From contig NC_014972.1 in the NCBI RefSeq assembly GCF_000186885.1, forward strand, positions 2,400,001-2,432,000: a stretch of DNA of 32,000 bases, in the 5' to 3' direction. A program made the position numbers and the translations under genes. The first letter of the stretch is position 1. Every line of letters begins with the position of its first letter. A model generated the notes under the pieces. It saw only the letters and a list, made by a program, of their open reading frames with translations. It was not told the origin of the DNA and searched no databases. Positions 16,730-26,148 of the stretch are shown here, one piece after another. This DNA is from Desulfobulbus propionicus DSM 2032 (GTDB lineage Bacteria; Desulfobacterota; Desulfobulbia; Desulfobulbales; Desulfobulbaceae).

Positions 16730-19589
16730 TCACGCTCGAGCCCTGTCCTCGCCGACGGACACCGGCGCGAGGTTGCGGGCCAGCAGCCGGGCGAGAATGG
16801 TCGGGTCGGGCATGGCCGGGCTGTAGTCGTCCCAGCCGTAGGCCAGGGCAACGGCGCGGTCGAGCTGCTCCTGACGCAGCCGCAGGCCGGCGGGCATCTC
16901 GTTGTAGAGGTTGGTCAGGGTACGTTTTTTCCAGGCAGCGGCATGTTCGGGTTTGGGCTGTGGTCGCGGCGGCAATCCGGCGGCCTGCTCCTCGGGGGTG
17001 ATCACCCAGTCGAGCCACTCTTCCGGGTTGAGCCAGTGCTCCCGCCAGCGGAGCAGTTCGGCGGCAGCGGCACCGATGGCCGCCAACGGTTCGCCGGCAG
17101 GTGGGGCGGGATCGTGGAGATCAAAGCCCGGTGGAAAGGGAAAGGTTTCAAAGGTGAGACTGACGTTGTAGCGAGGGTCATTGCCCAAGCCCATGCGCCC
17201 GCCTTTTTCAATGGCCCAAAGACAGTGGATGCGAGAGGAGAGGATGCCCAAAGTGGCGTCGTCCTGGCGGGGAATGACGATCAGGCTGTGTTCCGGCGCC
17301 ACCTGCACCGGAAAGCGGACAAAAAAGCGATGCTTGGCCGTCTCCGGAGTGGCGATGTAGTGGCTGAGCCCCTGGAGCGCGGCGCACAAAGCCGGACGCT
17401 TCTCCCCGTGCTGCAACCATTTTTCTGCTCTGGCCACTCGATTGTTGTTGATTCGTACCGGCTTGACCATGGCCTCCACGTGGGCAAAGGGCTTGAGGTA
17501 ATCGGCGGCCTGGCGCTGGTCCATGGCGGCGAAATCGATCACCCACTTGCCGGCCCAGCGGCGGGTGATGTCCGACCCATTGTAGATCGGCCGGACCACG
17601 TCGCTGTTGGGCCGACCGTTGGGGTTGCCGGTGTCCGCCAGCCAATCGAGCGCCGTGGGCCGTGTCCACCTTGAAGGGTCCGGCCAGGCAGATGCCGAAG
17701 AACGATCGTCCCTTGTTGGCGGCCAGCGGCCGCGCCTGGGTGAGATCCAGGGTCTGGTCCGCCTCGGCGCTGCCGGTGAGGTCGGCGTGGATCGCGGCCA
17801 CCGGCTGACCGTCGAGCCGGACCGTGTTGCCCCGGCCGAAACAAACCAGGCTGACCCGCACCGCCGCCCCTTCGTTGACCCAGTCCTCGTCCGACCAGGC
17901 CTCAAAGATGCGGGTGGTGGCCTGAATGCGTTCCAGCACCACCCGGTTGCGTTTCTGACGGATGGAGTTGGTGGCCACCAGGCCGGCGGCATCCGCCAGA
18001 CCCGCCTCGATCTGGGCGCGCGCCTTTTCAAACCAATAGGTCACCAGGTCGGCGCCGCCGGGCACCCGCCCCTGGTAGCAGCCGCGCAACCGCTCGACAG
18101 AGTCGTCGCCCAGCTCGCCGCGCATCATCTTGTCGCCGAGAAAGGGCGGATTGCCGACAATCACATGGGCCTTGGGCCAGCTGGCCTCGCTGCCGTCCGG
18201 GTTGAGCAGGGCATCGCGATGCTCGATGCTGTCGAGTGAGCGGAGAATCGGATCGCGGGCGATTTCCCGGCCGTTGCGGCGGCACCACTGGATATCGCCG
18301 ATCCATACCGTGGTGCGGGCCAGTTCGGCGGCGTACTCGTTGATCTCGATGCCGCAGATGTTCTGCGGCCCGGTCATCATCAGCAGCTTGGCCGGATAGC
18401 CCAAGTCCTGGGCCTCGATGTTGACCTGCTTTTCCACGTCGCGCAGGGCCTTGAGGGCCAGATAAAGAAAGTTGCCCGAACCGCAGGCCGGATCGAGCAC
18501 GCGGAAGCTGAACAGGCGCTGGAGAAAACCGTGGTAGGCGGCGCGGGCCTTGAGAAAGGCCTTGCTCCTGGGTCCCTTGCCCTGGCCGGCGGCGATGATG
18601 GCTTTGACCTCCCGCCATTCGGCCAAAAGCGGTTCGGTGATCAGCGGGTGGATCAGCTTGGCGATAGTGCCGGTGTCCGTGTAATGGGCGCCGAGCGGAG
18701 CGCGGGCTTTCGGATCCAGGCCGCGCTCGAACAGGGTGCCGAAGATGGTCGGATCGATGGCCCGCCAATCGCGGTCGGCGGCGGCCCGATGGAGGGCGGC
18801 CACATCGTCTGTGGTCAGTTCCGGGATGTCGATGGTTTGAAACAGGCCGCCGTTGAACCAGGCAATGTCGTGGTCGCCGTACTCGCCGCCGGATTTCTTC
18901 TGCATGGCGCCAAAGAGCTTGCCGATGCGGTTGGCGGCCTTGGCGGTATCGGTACCAGCGTTTCCGAGAATATCGGTAAAAATATTTTCGGGCAGCAGTG
19001 CCTCGTCCTCGGCGAACATGCAAAACAGGCACTGCACCAGAAAATGGGCGATGCGCTGGCCGTCCACGCCGCGCCCGCGCATGGTCTGGGCCAGCAGGGC
19101 AAACTGGCCGGCAGCCTCCTCGGTGATCGCCGCCGTCGATTTTTCCGGCCGCAGCTTGAGCGGGTCGGTGAACACCCAGGTCAGCAGCTGCCGCGTGCCG
19201 GGGTCGGTCAACTCCTCGATGGCGATTTCGCGCGGTTCATCGGGATAGCCAGTGAAGGCGGTGTGGATGACGATGCGCTCGCGGTCGCACACCACCAGCA
19301 GTGGCGGATTGTCGAGCTGCAGGGCATAGTCGGTCAACTGCTTGAGGGCGGCCCCCAGATCGCGGCCCGGCTTCTTGTTTTCCCAGCCAAAACAGCCGCG
19401 CTTCCACACATCGGCTCAACCATCGCCGCCGCCGGTCTTCTTGGCGCCGCGTTCAAAACAGTAGTTGTCCGGGTCGCGCGGCTTGTCGACGCCGAGCAGG
19501 TCACACAGGTCGTTGAAATGCTGCTGGGCGCCGGCACGTTCATTGAGCCGGTTATCTTTTCAGAGAGCAATGAAGTGTTCGGGGGTCAT
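16730..19589 (-). pseudogene. MmeI-family type IIL/IIG restriction-modification enzyme (nuclease + gamma-class N6-adenine methyltransferase + TRD), disrupted by 2 in-frame TGA codons and 1 frameshift
   Basis: The reading frame from ATG 19589 gives MTPEHFIAL*KDNRLNERAGAQQHFNDLCDLLG...GAKKTGGGDG*ADVWKRGCFGWENKKPGRDL. This includes a D-x9-ExK nuclease motif, an AdoMet motif (VLDPACGSGNFL) and the catalytic NPPF (IVGNPPFLG). At ~17655-17668 the frame must shift to continue as RPTALDWLADTGNPNGRPNSDVVRPIYNG...; the listed ORFs 17208..19409 and 16730..18031 carry the two halves. Total length is 2860 nt, i.e. 3n+1. Confidence 0.85.
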
Positions 19590-19679
19590 GGGCGTGTTGT
19601 CGCTTGCTGGGGCCTCTGAAGAACCACACAGCCAAAGGGGGAGGCCGTCCGGAAAACGGCAGGATTTTTTAATTTTTTC

Positions 19680-19707
19680 TTTATATTACGGTTTGATCTC
19701 TTGTCAA
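19680..19707 (-). promoter_or_regulatory. Sigma70-type promoter candidate facing the R-M pseudogene
   Basis: The minus strand reads TTGACA (19707-19702), a 16-nt spacer, then TATAAA (19685-19680). It lies inside the only strongly AT-rich patch of the window, ~90 nt upstream of ATG 19589. Confidence 0.45.
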
Positions 19708-19856
19708 CAGCAATCATGGGCAGCCAGTCCCCGCATAACGGTGCCCGGCAGGGGCCGTGTCTGACTCCACTTCCCGCTTGCATTCCTCGCCCAACTATCC
19801 TTTACTCACGGCAGGATAGGTTCTGTCGACCACGCAATCGCTCCCTTGGAGGCACG

Positions 19857-20702
19857 ATGGACCGACGGATTGTTCTGGCGCACGACGGCTCGATCAACGC
19901 CGACTGGGTGGGCCGCTACGCCCTGCGCATGGCCGCCGCCCTACCCAGCCGACAGTTGCTCTTTGTCCACATCCTGGACGGTTCCTGCCCGCGCGGCCGG
20001 ATCGAGGCCAAATACGCGGCCTTCGCCCGTGAATGCGCCCAGCACGCCATTGAAAGCAGTTGCCTGATCCGTGAGTTGGAAGGTGATGTCCTTTCCTCCC
20101 TGTTGCGGACCATTCCGCCGGGCGAGCAGACCTACTGCCTGTGCGGGGCGCGCATCGCCCCTCGGGGCCGGGGGTTTCTCGCCGGCACCGTTTCGGAACG
20201 GCTGCTCCGCTCCGGGCTCTGCAACGTCATGGCCATCCGCGTGGTCAGCCCCGGCCTGCTCGGCTGCCCGCGCACCCTGCTCTTTCCCCTGGCCGGCCAT
20301 CCGCGCGGCCCGCGTGCGGCCCTGCCCTTTCTCCGCCTGCTCGTCACTTCGGTCAACCGGCTTCACCTGCTGCGGGTGATGACGGTCAATCCGCTGTATT
20401 TCCGCTACATCACCGCCGCCGCCGCCAAGCGGAAGATCAGCGTGGGCTCCCACTATCTCGCCCAGGCGGCGGCGGAGATTCGCGCCCAGATCGCCGATGT
20501 CCCCCTGCACGTGGACCGGCACGTGACCCTTTCCGACGACTGGGCCAAGGAGATCCTCATCCAGGCGGGCAAACTCAACGCGGCCATGATCCTGCTCGGC
20601 GCCACCGAGCGCAGCCTGCCCCACCGATTTTTCTACGGCAACCGCATCGAACAGATCCTGCGCGCCACCGCCTGCGACGTCGGCATCTACCGGACCCTAT
20701 GA
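19857..20702 (+). CDS. Tandem universal stress protein (UspA-family) domains (281 aa)
   Basis: MDRRIVLAHDGSINADWVGRYALRMAA...LLFVHIL and ...GTVSERLLRSGLCNVMAIRVV form the first USP domain. A second copy ends in MILLGATERSL...GNRIEQILRATACDVGIY. GGAGG at 19848-19852 precedes ATG 19857; the listed ORF starts at 19701 (TTG). Confidence 0.8.
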   Translation: MDRRIVLAHDGSINADWVGRYALRMAAALPSRQLLFVHILDGSCPRGRIEAKYAAFARECAQHAIESSCLIRELEGDVLSSLLRTIPPGEQTYCLCGARIAPRGRGFLAGTVSERLLRSGLCNVMAIRVVSPGLLGCPRTLLFPLAGHPRGPRAALPFLRLLVTSVNRLHLLRVMTVNPLYFRYITAAAAKRKISVGSHYLAQAAAEIRAQIADVPLHVDRHVTLSDDWAKEILIQAGKLNAAMILLGATERSLPHRFFYGNRIEQILRATACDVGIYRTL

Positions 20703-23386
20703 ACGACCATCCCCTTCATATCGGCCGGATTCCGCCGGAGCAGGTCTACGCGATTCTCCATAGCGGTGCCGAGGGCCTGGCGTCGGCCGAGGTCCGGGAG
20801 CGGCTGGCGCATGTCGGCCCCAACCGCTTCGAGGTGATCGACCGCTGGAAGCTGGCCCGGACCCTGGGCCGCCAATTCACCAACTTTTTGGCCATCCTGC
20901 TCTTTGTCGCGGCGGCCATCTGTTTCATTGCCCACCGGATCAATCCCGGCGAGGGCATGGGCGTGCTCGGCTGGGCCCTGGTGGTGGTCGCCCTGGTCAA
21001 CGCCCTGTTCAGCTTTTTTCAGGAGTACCGGGCGGAACGGGCCATGGAAGCCTTGAAACAGTTTCTGCCGCACATGGTCGAGGTCCGCCGCCAGAGGGGG
21101 CTTGTCCGTCTGCCGGCCGAGGAAATCGTGCCCGGCGACGTGGTGATCCTCTCCGAAGGGGACAAGGTGGCCGCCGACCTGCGCCTGATCGACGCCAAGG
21201 GACTGCTGGTCGACAACTCACCGTTGACCGGCGAATCAGCGCCGGTGCGGCTGGTTGCCCAGGCCCAGGACAAACCGCTGGTTGAGTGCGACAACATCGC
21301 CTTTGCCGGCTGCACCGTGCTCCAGGGCACGGGGACGGGGGTGGTGTTCGCCACCGGCCTGCGCACCCGTTTCGGCCGCATCGCCCAGCTGTCGCAGACC
21401 ATCCGCCGCACGACCTCGCCGCTGGAGCGCGAAGTGTCGCGCATGATCCGCATCCTCACCCTCATTGCCTGCACCATGGGCGCGAGCTTCTTTCTCTACG
21501 GCGTTGCCAGCGGCAAGCCACTGTGGATGAACCTGGTGTTCATGATGGGGATCATTGTCGCCAACGTGCCGGAAGGACTGCTGCCCACCCTGACCCTGGC
21601 GCTGGTGATGGGCAGCCTGCGCATGGCGAAAAAGAATGTGCTGGTGACCAGCCTGGGCGCGGTCGAAGCCCTGGGCGCGGTCCATGTGATCTGCACCGAC
21701 AAGACCGGCACCCTGACCCAAAACCAACTGACCATCACCCGCATGGTGGCGCCGCTGACCGGCGCGGCCCTCGCGCCCGAAGCGGAGCGGTCCCTGACCC
21801 GCCTGGCCCTGGCCGCCTCCGAGGTGCGCGAGAGCGGCGAGCAGCTGCTCGGCGACCCCCTGGACGTGGCCGTGGCCCGCCATTGGCGCCAGACGCTCCA
21901 CGGCACGCCCCACGAGGTGCGGCGGCAGGTGGCACGCTCCTTTGCCTTTGATGTGGGCAAGCGCCGTTCCGGCGGAATCGTCGAGGATGAAAACGGGCCA
22001 GTGCTCGTGGTCAAGGGCGCCTTTGAGGCGATTGCCCCCATGCTTGCCGGCGTGGCCGCCGGTACCGCGCTGGACCTGCGCGAACAGGTGGCCGCCTGCG
22101 AAACGGTGATGCGCGACATGGCCGGCCAGGGGTTACGGGTGATCGCCGTGGCCCATCGGCCGCTGAGCGCCGCCGAGGTGGCGTCGGTGATGCCCGAGGA
22201 GGCCACGGCCGAACCACTGGAACACGATCTGCTCCTCGCCGGATTCATCGGCATCGAGGACCCGGTACGGTCCGAAGTGCCCCAAGCGGTGGCCCGATGC
22301 CACGGCGCCGGCATCGAGGTGCTGATGATCACCGGCGACCACCCGGCCACGGCGCTGGCGGTGGCGGCCAAGGCCGGCATTGTCCGCCCGGGCGAAACGG
22401 CGCATTGCACCGGCGAGCAGCTCAAGGGACTGACCGTCGACGACCTGATCGAACAGCTGCGGCAGGGAGTGCGCATCTTTGCCCGCACCACCCCGGAGCA
22501 GAAGATGAAAATCGTCTCCGCCCTCAAGCGCATGGAGCGGGTGGTGGCCATGACCGGCGACGGAGTCAACGATGCCCCGGCCCTGCGGGCCGCGGACATC
22601 GGCATCGCCATGGGCCGCCAGGGGACGGACGTGGCCCGCGAGTCGGCCCAGATCATCCTCTTGGACGACAATTTCGCCTCCATCGTCGACGGCGTCGAAG
22701 AGGGACGGACGGTCTTCGCCAACATGAAAAAATTCACCAGCTACGTGCTGGTGAGCAACGGTCCGGAAATTTTGCCCTATCTGTTGTACATCGTCCTGCC
22801 GGTGCCCTTGGCCCTCAACATCATCCACATCCTGTCCATCGACCTGGGCACGGACCTGGTGCCCTCCATCGGCCTGGGTCAGGAACCGGCCGATCCGGAG
22901 GTGATGCTGCAACCGCCGCGCGCCCAGGGCCAGGAGCTGCTCACCCCGGCCCTGATGGTCCGCAGCTACTGTTTTCTCGGGATGATCGAAGGGTTGTGGT
23001 CGCTGCTGCTTTTCTTTGCCGTGCTGATCGACGGCGGCTGGCGGTACGGGACCGAGCTGGCCGTGGATGCGCCACTCCACCGCTCGGCGGTGGGCATCAC
23101 CCTGGCGACCATCCTCCTAATGCAGATCGGCAACCTGGCCGGACGCCGTTTCGAACAACGATCCGGTCTGGATGCGGGGCTGTTCCGCAACCGTTTCCTG
23201 CTGGCCGGCATCCTCATCCAAATCGTCCTTTCCTGGGCCATTCTCTACTGGCCGCCCTTGTCGCGGGCCCTGGGCACCGGGCCGGTGGCACCGCGATTCT
23301 ATGGGCTCGCCTGGCTGGGCATCGTGCTCATTTTTGCCCTGGATTATCTCCGTAAAAGGCTTGTCAATCGCCGCAGGAAAGGGTAG
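20699..23386 (+). CDS. P-type ATPase, type II, with Na,K-/H,K-ATPase-like (P2C-like) ion-site motifs (895 aa)
   Basis: ICTDKTGTLTQN (phospho-Asp), TGES, TGDHPATA and MTGDGVNDAPALRAADIGIAMG are all present. M4 reads IIVANVPEGLLPT, M5 YVLVSNGPEILPYL and M6 ILSIDLGTDLVPS. ATG 20699 overlaps the USP stop (ATGA). The 5' 186 codons of listed ORF 20141..23386 overlap usp and are not coding. Confidence 0.92.
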   Translation: MNDHPLHIGRIPPEQVYAILHSGAEGLASAEVRERLAHVGPNRFEVIDRWKLARTLGRQFTNFLAILLFVAAAICFIAHRINPGEGMGVLGWALVVVALVNALFSFFQEYRAERAMEALKQFLPHMVEVRRQRGLVRLPAEEIVPGDVVILSEGDKVAADLRLIDAKGLLVDNSPLTGESAPVRLVAQAQDKPLVECDNIAFAGCTVLQGTGTGVVFATGLRTRFGRIAQLSQTIRRTTSPLEREVSRMIRILTLIACTMGASFFLYGVASGKPLWMNLVFMMGIIVANVPEGLLPTLTLALVMGSLRMAKKNVLVTSLGAVEALGAVHVICTDKTGTLTQNQLTITRMVAPLTGAALAPEAERSLTRLALAASEVRESGEQLLGDPLDVAVARHWRQTLHGTPHEVRRQVARSFAFDVGKRRSGGIVEDENGPVLVVKGAFEAIAPMLAGVAAGTALDLREQVAACETVMRDMAGQGLRVIAVAHRPLSAAEVASVMPEEATAEPLEHDLLLAGFIGIEDPVRSEVPQAVARCHGAGIEVLMITGDHPATALAVAAKAGIVRPGETAHCTGEQLKGLTVDDLIEQLRQGVRIFARTTPEQKMKIVSALKRMERVVAMTGDGVNDAPALRAADIGIAMGRQGTDVARESAQIILLDDNFASIVDGVEEGRTVFANMKKFTSYVLVSNGPEILPYLLYIVLPVPLALNIIHILSIDLGTDLVPSIGLGQEPADPEVMLQPPRAQGQELLTPALMVRSYCFLGMIEGLWSLLLFFAVLIDGGWRYGTELAVDAPLHRSAVGITLATILLMQIGNLAGRRFEQRSGLDAGLFRNRFLLAGILIQIVLSWAILYWPPLSRALGTGPVAPRFYGLAWLGIVLIFALDYLRKRLVNRRRKG

Positions 23387-23478
23387 GTGAAGTCTACCCT
23401 TGCCCGGCCGCTCCCCAGCCGCCGCGGCAGGTCACAGGGGAAAAGACCATCACGCCAACCCACAAGGGATCAGACTCC

Positions 23479-26148
23479 ATGGAACAATTCTTTGACCCAC
23501 AAAGCATCGCGGTCATCGGCGCCAACGACAAACCCAACGCCATCGGCTCCGCCCTGATGGACAACATCATCCAGGGCGGGTTCCGGGGCACCGTCATCCC
23601 GATCAACCCCCACCATGAGACCGTGCGCGGCCTCAAGGCCTATGCCACCATCACCGAGGTGGAGCCGGCCCCGGAGATGGCGATCATCGCCACGCCGATC
23701 GCCACCGCTCCGGAGATCGTCCGTCAGTGCGTGCGCGCCGGCACCCAGGGGGTGATCATCATCTCCGCCGGCGGCAAGGAGCTGGGCGAGGAAGGAGCGC
23801 TGATCGAGGAACAGATCCAGGGCGCGGCCGAAGGTTCGGGCATGCGGATCATCGGCCCCAACTGCATGGGTGTCATCCGGCCGAACAAAAATCTCAACGC
23901 CACCTTTGCCGGCGGCATGCCGGCCAAGGGCAGCCTGGCGGTGATTTCCCAGAGCGGCGCCATCTGCGCGGCGATCCTCGACCGGGCGGCCGAGGAACAC
24001 ATGGGCTTCAGCCACTTCGTTTCCATCGGCTCCATGCTCGACGTCGATTTCGGCGACATGATCGACTACCTGGGCAACGACGGTTCGGTCAAGGCGATCC
24101 TTCTGTACATGGAAAATCTGACCAACCCGCGCAAGTTCATGAGCGCGGCCCGTTCGGTGTCGCGGATCAAACCGATCATTGTCCTCAAGGCCGGCAAGAG
24201 CCAGGCCGGGGCCCGCGCCGCCTCGACCCACATCGGCGCCATGGCCGGCGAGGATGCGGTCTACGATGCCGCCTTCAAGCGGGCGGGCATTGTCCGGGTG
24301 CCGTCGCTGGCACGGCTGTTCGACTGCGCCGAGCTGACCGCCAAGCAGCCGCGGCCGGCGGGCACCCGGCTGGCGATCGTCACCAACGGTGGCGGCCCCG
24401 GGGTCATGGCCGCCGACACCCTGGCCGAATACGGCCTGGAACCGGCCCGCATCCCCGACGAGATCATGACCCAGCTGGGCGAGATTCTGCCGCCCTACTG
24501 GAGCCGGGGCAACCCCATCGACATCCTCGGCAACGCCACGGTCGAGCGGTACACCAAGGCCCTGGAGATCTGCCTGGCCAGCCGGGAGTTCGACGGCATC
24601 CTGGTGATCATGGTGCCCCAGGACCTGACTCCGCCCGAAGAGGTGGCCAGGGCGCTGGTTAAGCTGGTCAAGCGCAAACGGGTGCCGGTCTTTGCCGCCT
24701 GGATGGGCGGCAAGCGGATGGCCGAGGCGATCAACATCCTCAACCAGGCGAACATCCCCACCTACGAGACCCCGGAACGGGCGGTGCGCGCCTTTCTCTA
24801 CCTGCACGAGTACACCCGCAACCTGGAGCTGCTCTCCCAGGTGCCGCCCAAACTGGCCACCGAACTCTATTTCAACCGCGACCAGGTGTTCCGCACCATT
24901 TACGAGAATTTCGAGCACGAGAACCTGCTGCTCTCGGAGATGCAGAGCAAGGAAATCCTGGCCGCCTACGGCATCCCGGTCAACGACACCCGGCTGGCCG
25001 CCACCATCGAGGAGGTGATCGACCTGGCGGCGGAGATGGAGATGCCGCTGGCCATGAAATTGGTGTCGCCGGACATCAGCCACAAATCCGATGCAAACGG
25101 GGTGCAGCTTGACCTGCGCAACGAAGACGACCTGCGCGCCGCCTTTCAGCGGATCATGGACGGCGCCCGGGCGCACAACCCGGAGGCCCGAATCCTCGGC
25201 GTCACCCTCCAGACCTTTATCGCCCACCCGGATTTCGAGCTGCTGATCGGCAGCAAGACCGACGACAATTTCGGCCCGGTCATCTGTTTCGGTTCGGGCG
25301 GCGTCTTTGCCGAGGTACTCGACGACAAGGCGCTGGGCCTGCCGCCGCTCAACCGCCTGCTGGCCCGCAGGATGATGGAGGAAACCCGTATCCTGCCGCT
25401 GCTCAAGGGGTATCGCAACAGCACGCCGGCGGATCTGGAAAAGCTGGAGGAGCTCCTGATGCGCCTTTCCCAGCTGGTGATCGACTTCCCCGAGATCGTC
25501 GAACTGGACATCAACCCGGTGCTGGTCAAAAACGGCGAACCCTGCGCGGTCGACGCCCGCATCCGCCTGGAACGGGTGGAAAACGGCGCCAACAACCTCC
25601 ACCTGGTGATCAGCCCCTACCCCCAGCACCTGGAGCGGCACGACCTCACCGACATGCAGATGCCGCTGTTCATCCGGCCGATCAAGCCCGAGGACGCGCC
25701 GCTGTTTGTCGAGCTGTTCAACTCGCTGACCCCGACCAGCATCTATTACCGCTTCTTCAGCGTGGTCAAGACGCTCTCCCCCGAGATCCTGGCCCGCTTC
25801 ACCCAGATCGACTACGACCGCGAGATCTCTTTTGTCGGCCTGGACGACCGCGAGGGCGAGGAACGGATGCTCGGCGTGGCCAACATCGTCGGCGAGCCGG
25901 ACGGCAAGCGCGGCGAGTTTTCGGTGCTGATCGGCGACCCCTGGCAAGGCAAGGGTATTGGCGCCAAGCTGCTCCTCCAGTGCCTGAGCATTGCTCAGGA
26001 ACGCGGCATGGAAATCGTCTGGGGCACGGTGTTGGCGGAAAACCGCTACATGATCGCGCTTGGCAAGAAGCTCGGGTTCACCGTCAAACAGGGCGAGGAC
26101 CCAGCGGAATACAAATTGACGATTGACCTGAAAACCGCAAAACTGTAA
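23479..26148 (+). CDS. pat: Pat/YfiQ-type protein lysine acetyltransferase (NDP-forming acyl-CoA synthetase-like domains plus C-terminal GNAT, 889 aa)
   Basis: CoA-binding N-terminus (FFDPQSIAVIGANDKPNAIG), succinyl-CoA-synthetase-like and ATP-grasp regions, and a C-terminal GNAT (IRPIKPEDAPLFVELF...WQGKGIGAKLL). Confidence 0.88.
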   Translation: MEQFFDPQSIAVIGANDKPNAIGSALMDNIIQGGFRGTVIPINPHHETVRGLKAYATITEVEPAPEMAIIATPIATAPEIVRQCVRAGTQGVIIISAGGKELGEEGALIEEQIQGAAEGSGMRIIGPNCMGVIRPNKNLNATFAGGMPAKGSLAVISQSGAICAAILDRAAEEHMGFSHFVSIGSMLDVDFGDMIDYLGNDGSVKAILLYMENLTNPRKFMSAARSVSRIKPIIVLKAGKSQAGARAASTHIGAMAGEDAVYDAAFKRAGIVRVPSLARLFDCAELTAKQPRPAGTRLAIVTNGGGPGVMAADTLAEYGLEPARIPDEIMTQLGEILPPYWSRGNPIDILGNATVERYTKALEICLASREFDGILVIMVPQDLTPPEEVARALVKLVKRKRVPVFAAWMGGKRMAEAINILNQANIPTYETPERAVRAFLYLHEYTRNLELLSQVPPKLATELYFNRDQVFRTIYENFEHENLLLSEMQSKEILAAYGIPVNDTRLAATIEEVIDLAAEMEMPLAMKLVSPDISHKSDANGVQLDLRNEDDLRAAFQRIMDGARAHNPEARILGVTLQTFIAHPDFELLIGSKTDDNFGPVICFGSGGVFAEVLDDKALGLPPLNRLLARRMMEETRILPLLKGYRNSTPADLEKLEELLMRLSQLVIDFPEIVELDINPVLVKNGEPCAVDARIRLERVENGANNLHLVISPYPQHLERHDLTDMQMPLFIRPIKPEDAPLFVELFNSLTPTSIYYRFFSVVKTLSPEILARFTQIDYDREISFVGLDDREGEERMLGVANIVGEPDGKRGEFSVLIGDPWQGKGIGAKLLLQCLSIAQERGMEIVWGTVLAENRYMIALGKKLGFTVKQGEDPAEYKLTIDLKTAKL

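Noticed and set aside
15821-17674. 617-aa plus-strand ORF spanning the HD-GYP gene, the small membrane gene and the 3' end of the R-M pseudogene
   Set aside because: It crosses two intergenic regions and three minus-strand genes that have real motifs. Its Gly/Arg/Gln-rich translation has no motif.
19416-19562. In-frame TGA codons at expected Trp positions as evidence for UGA=Trp recoding or selenocysteine
   Set aside because: At least nine other genes in the window (the ABC permease and ATPase, mrpA, C, D, E and G, usp, DUF362 and the ferredoxin) terminate precisely at TGA with sensible C-termini and coupled downstream starts, so UGA is a stop here. Trp-to-Sec replacement makes no biochemical sense in this domain. 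The same gene also carries a frameshift, which fits pseudogenisation.
20141-20698. 5' 186 codons of listed ORF 20141..23386 as an N-terminal extension of the P-type ATPase
   Set aside because: This part overlaps the USP gene in another frame and translates to Arg/Pro-rich low complexity. P-type ATPase homology begins at Met 20699, whose ATG overlaps the USP stop codon (ATGA).
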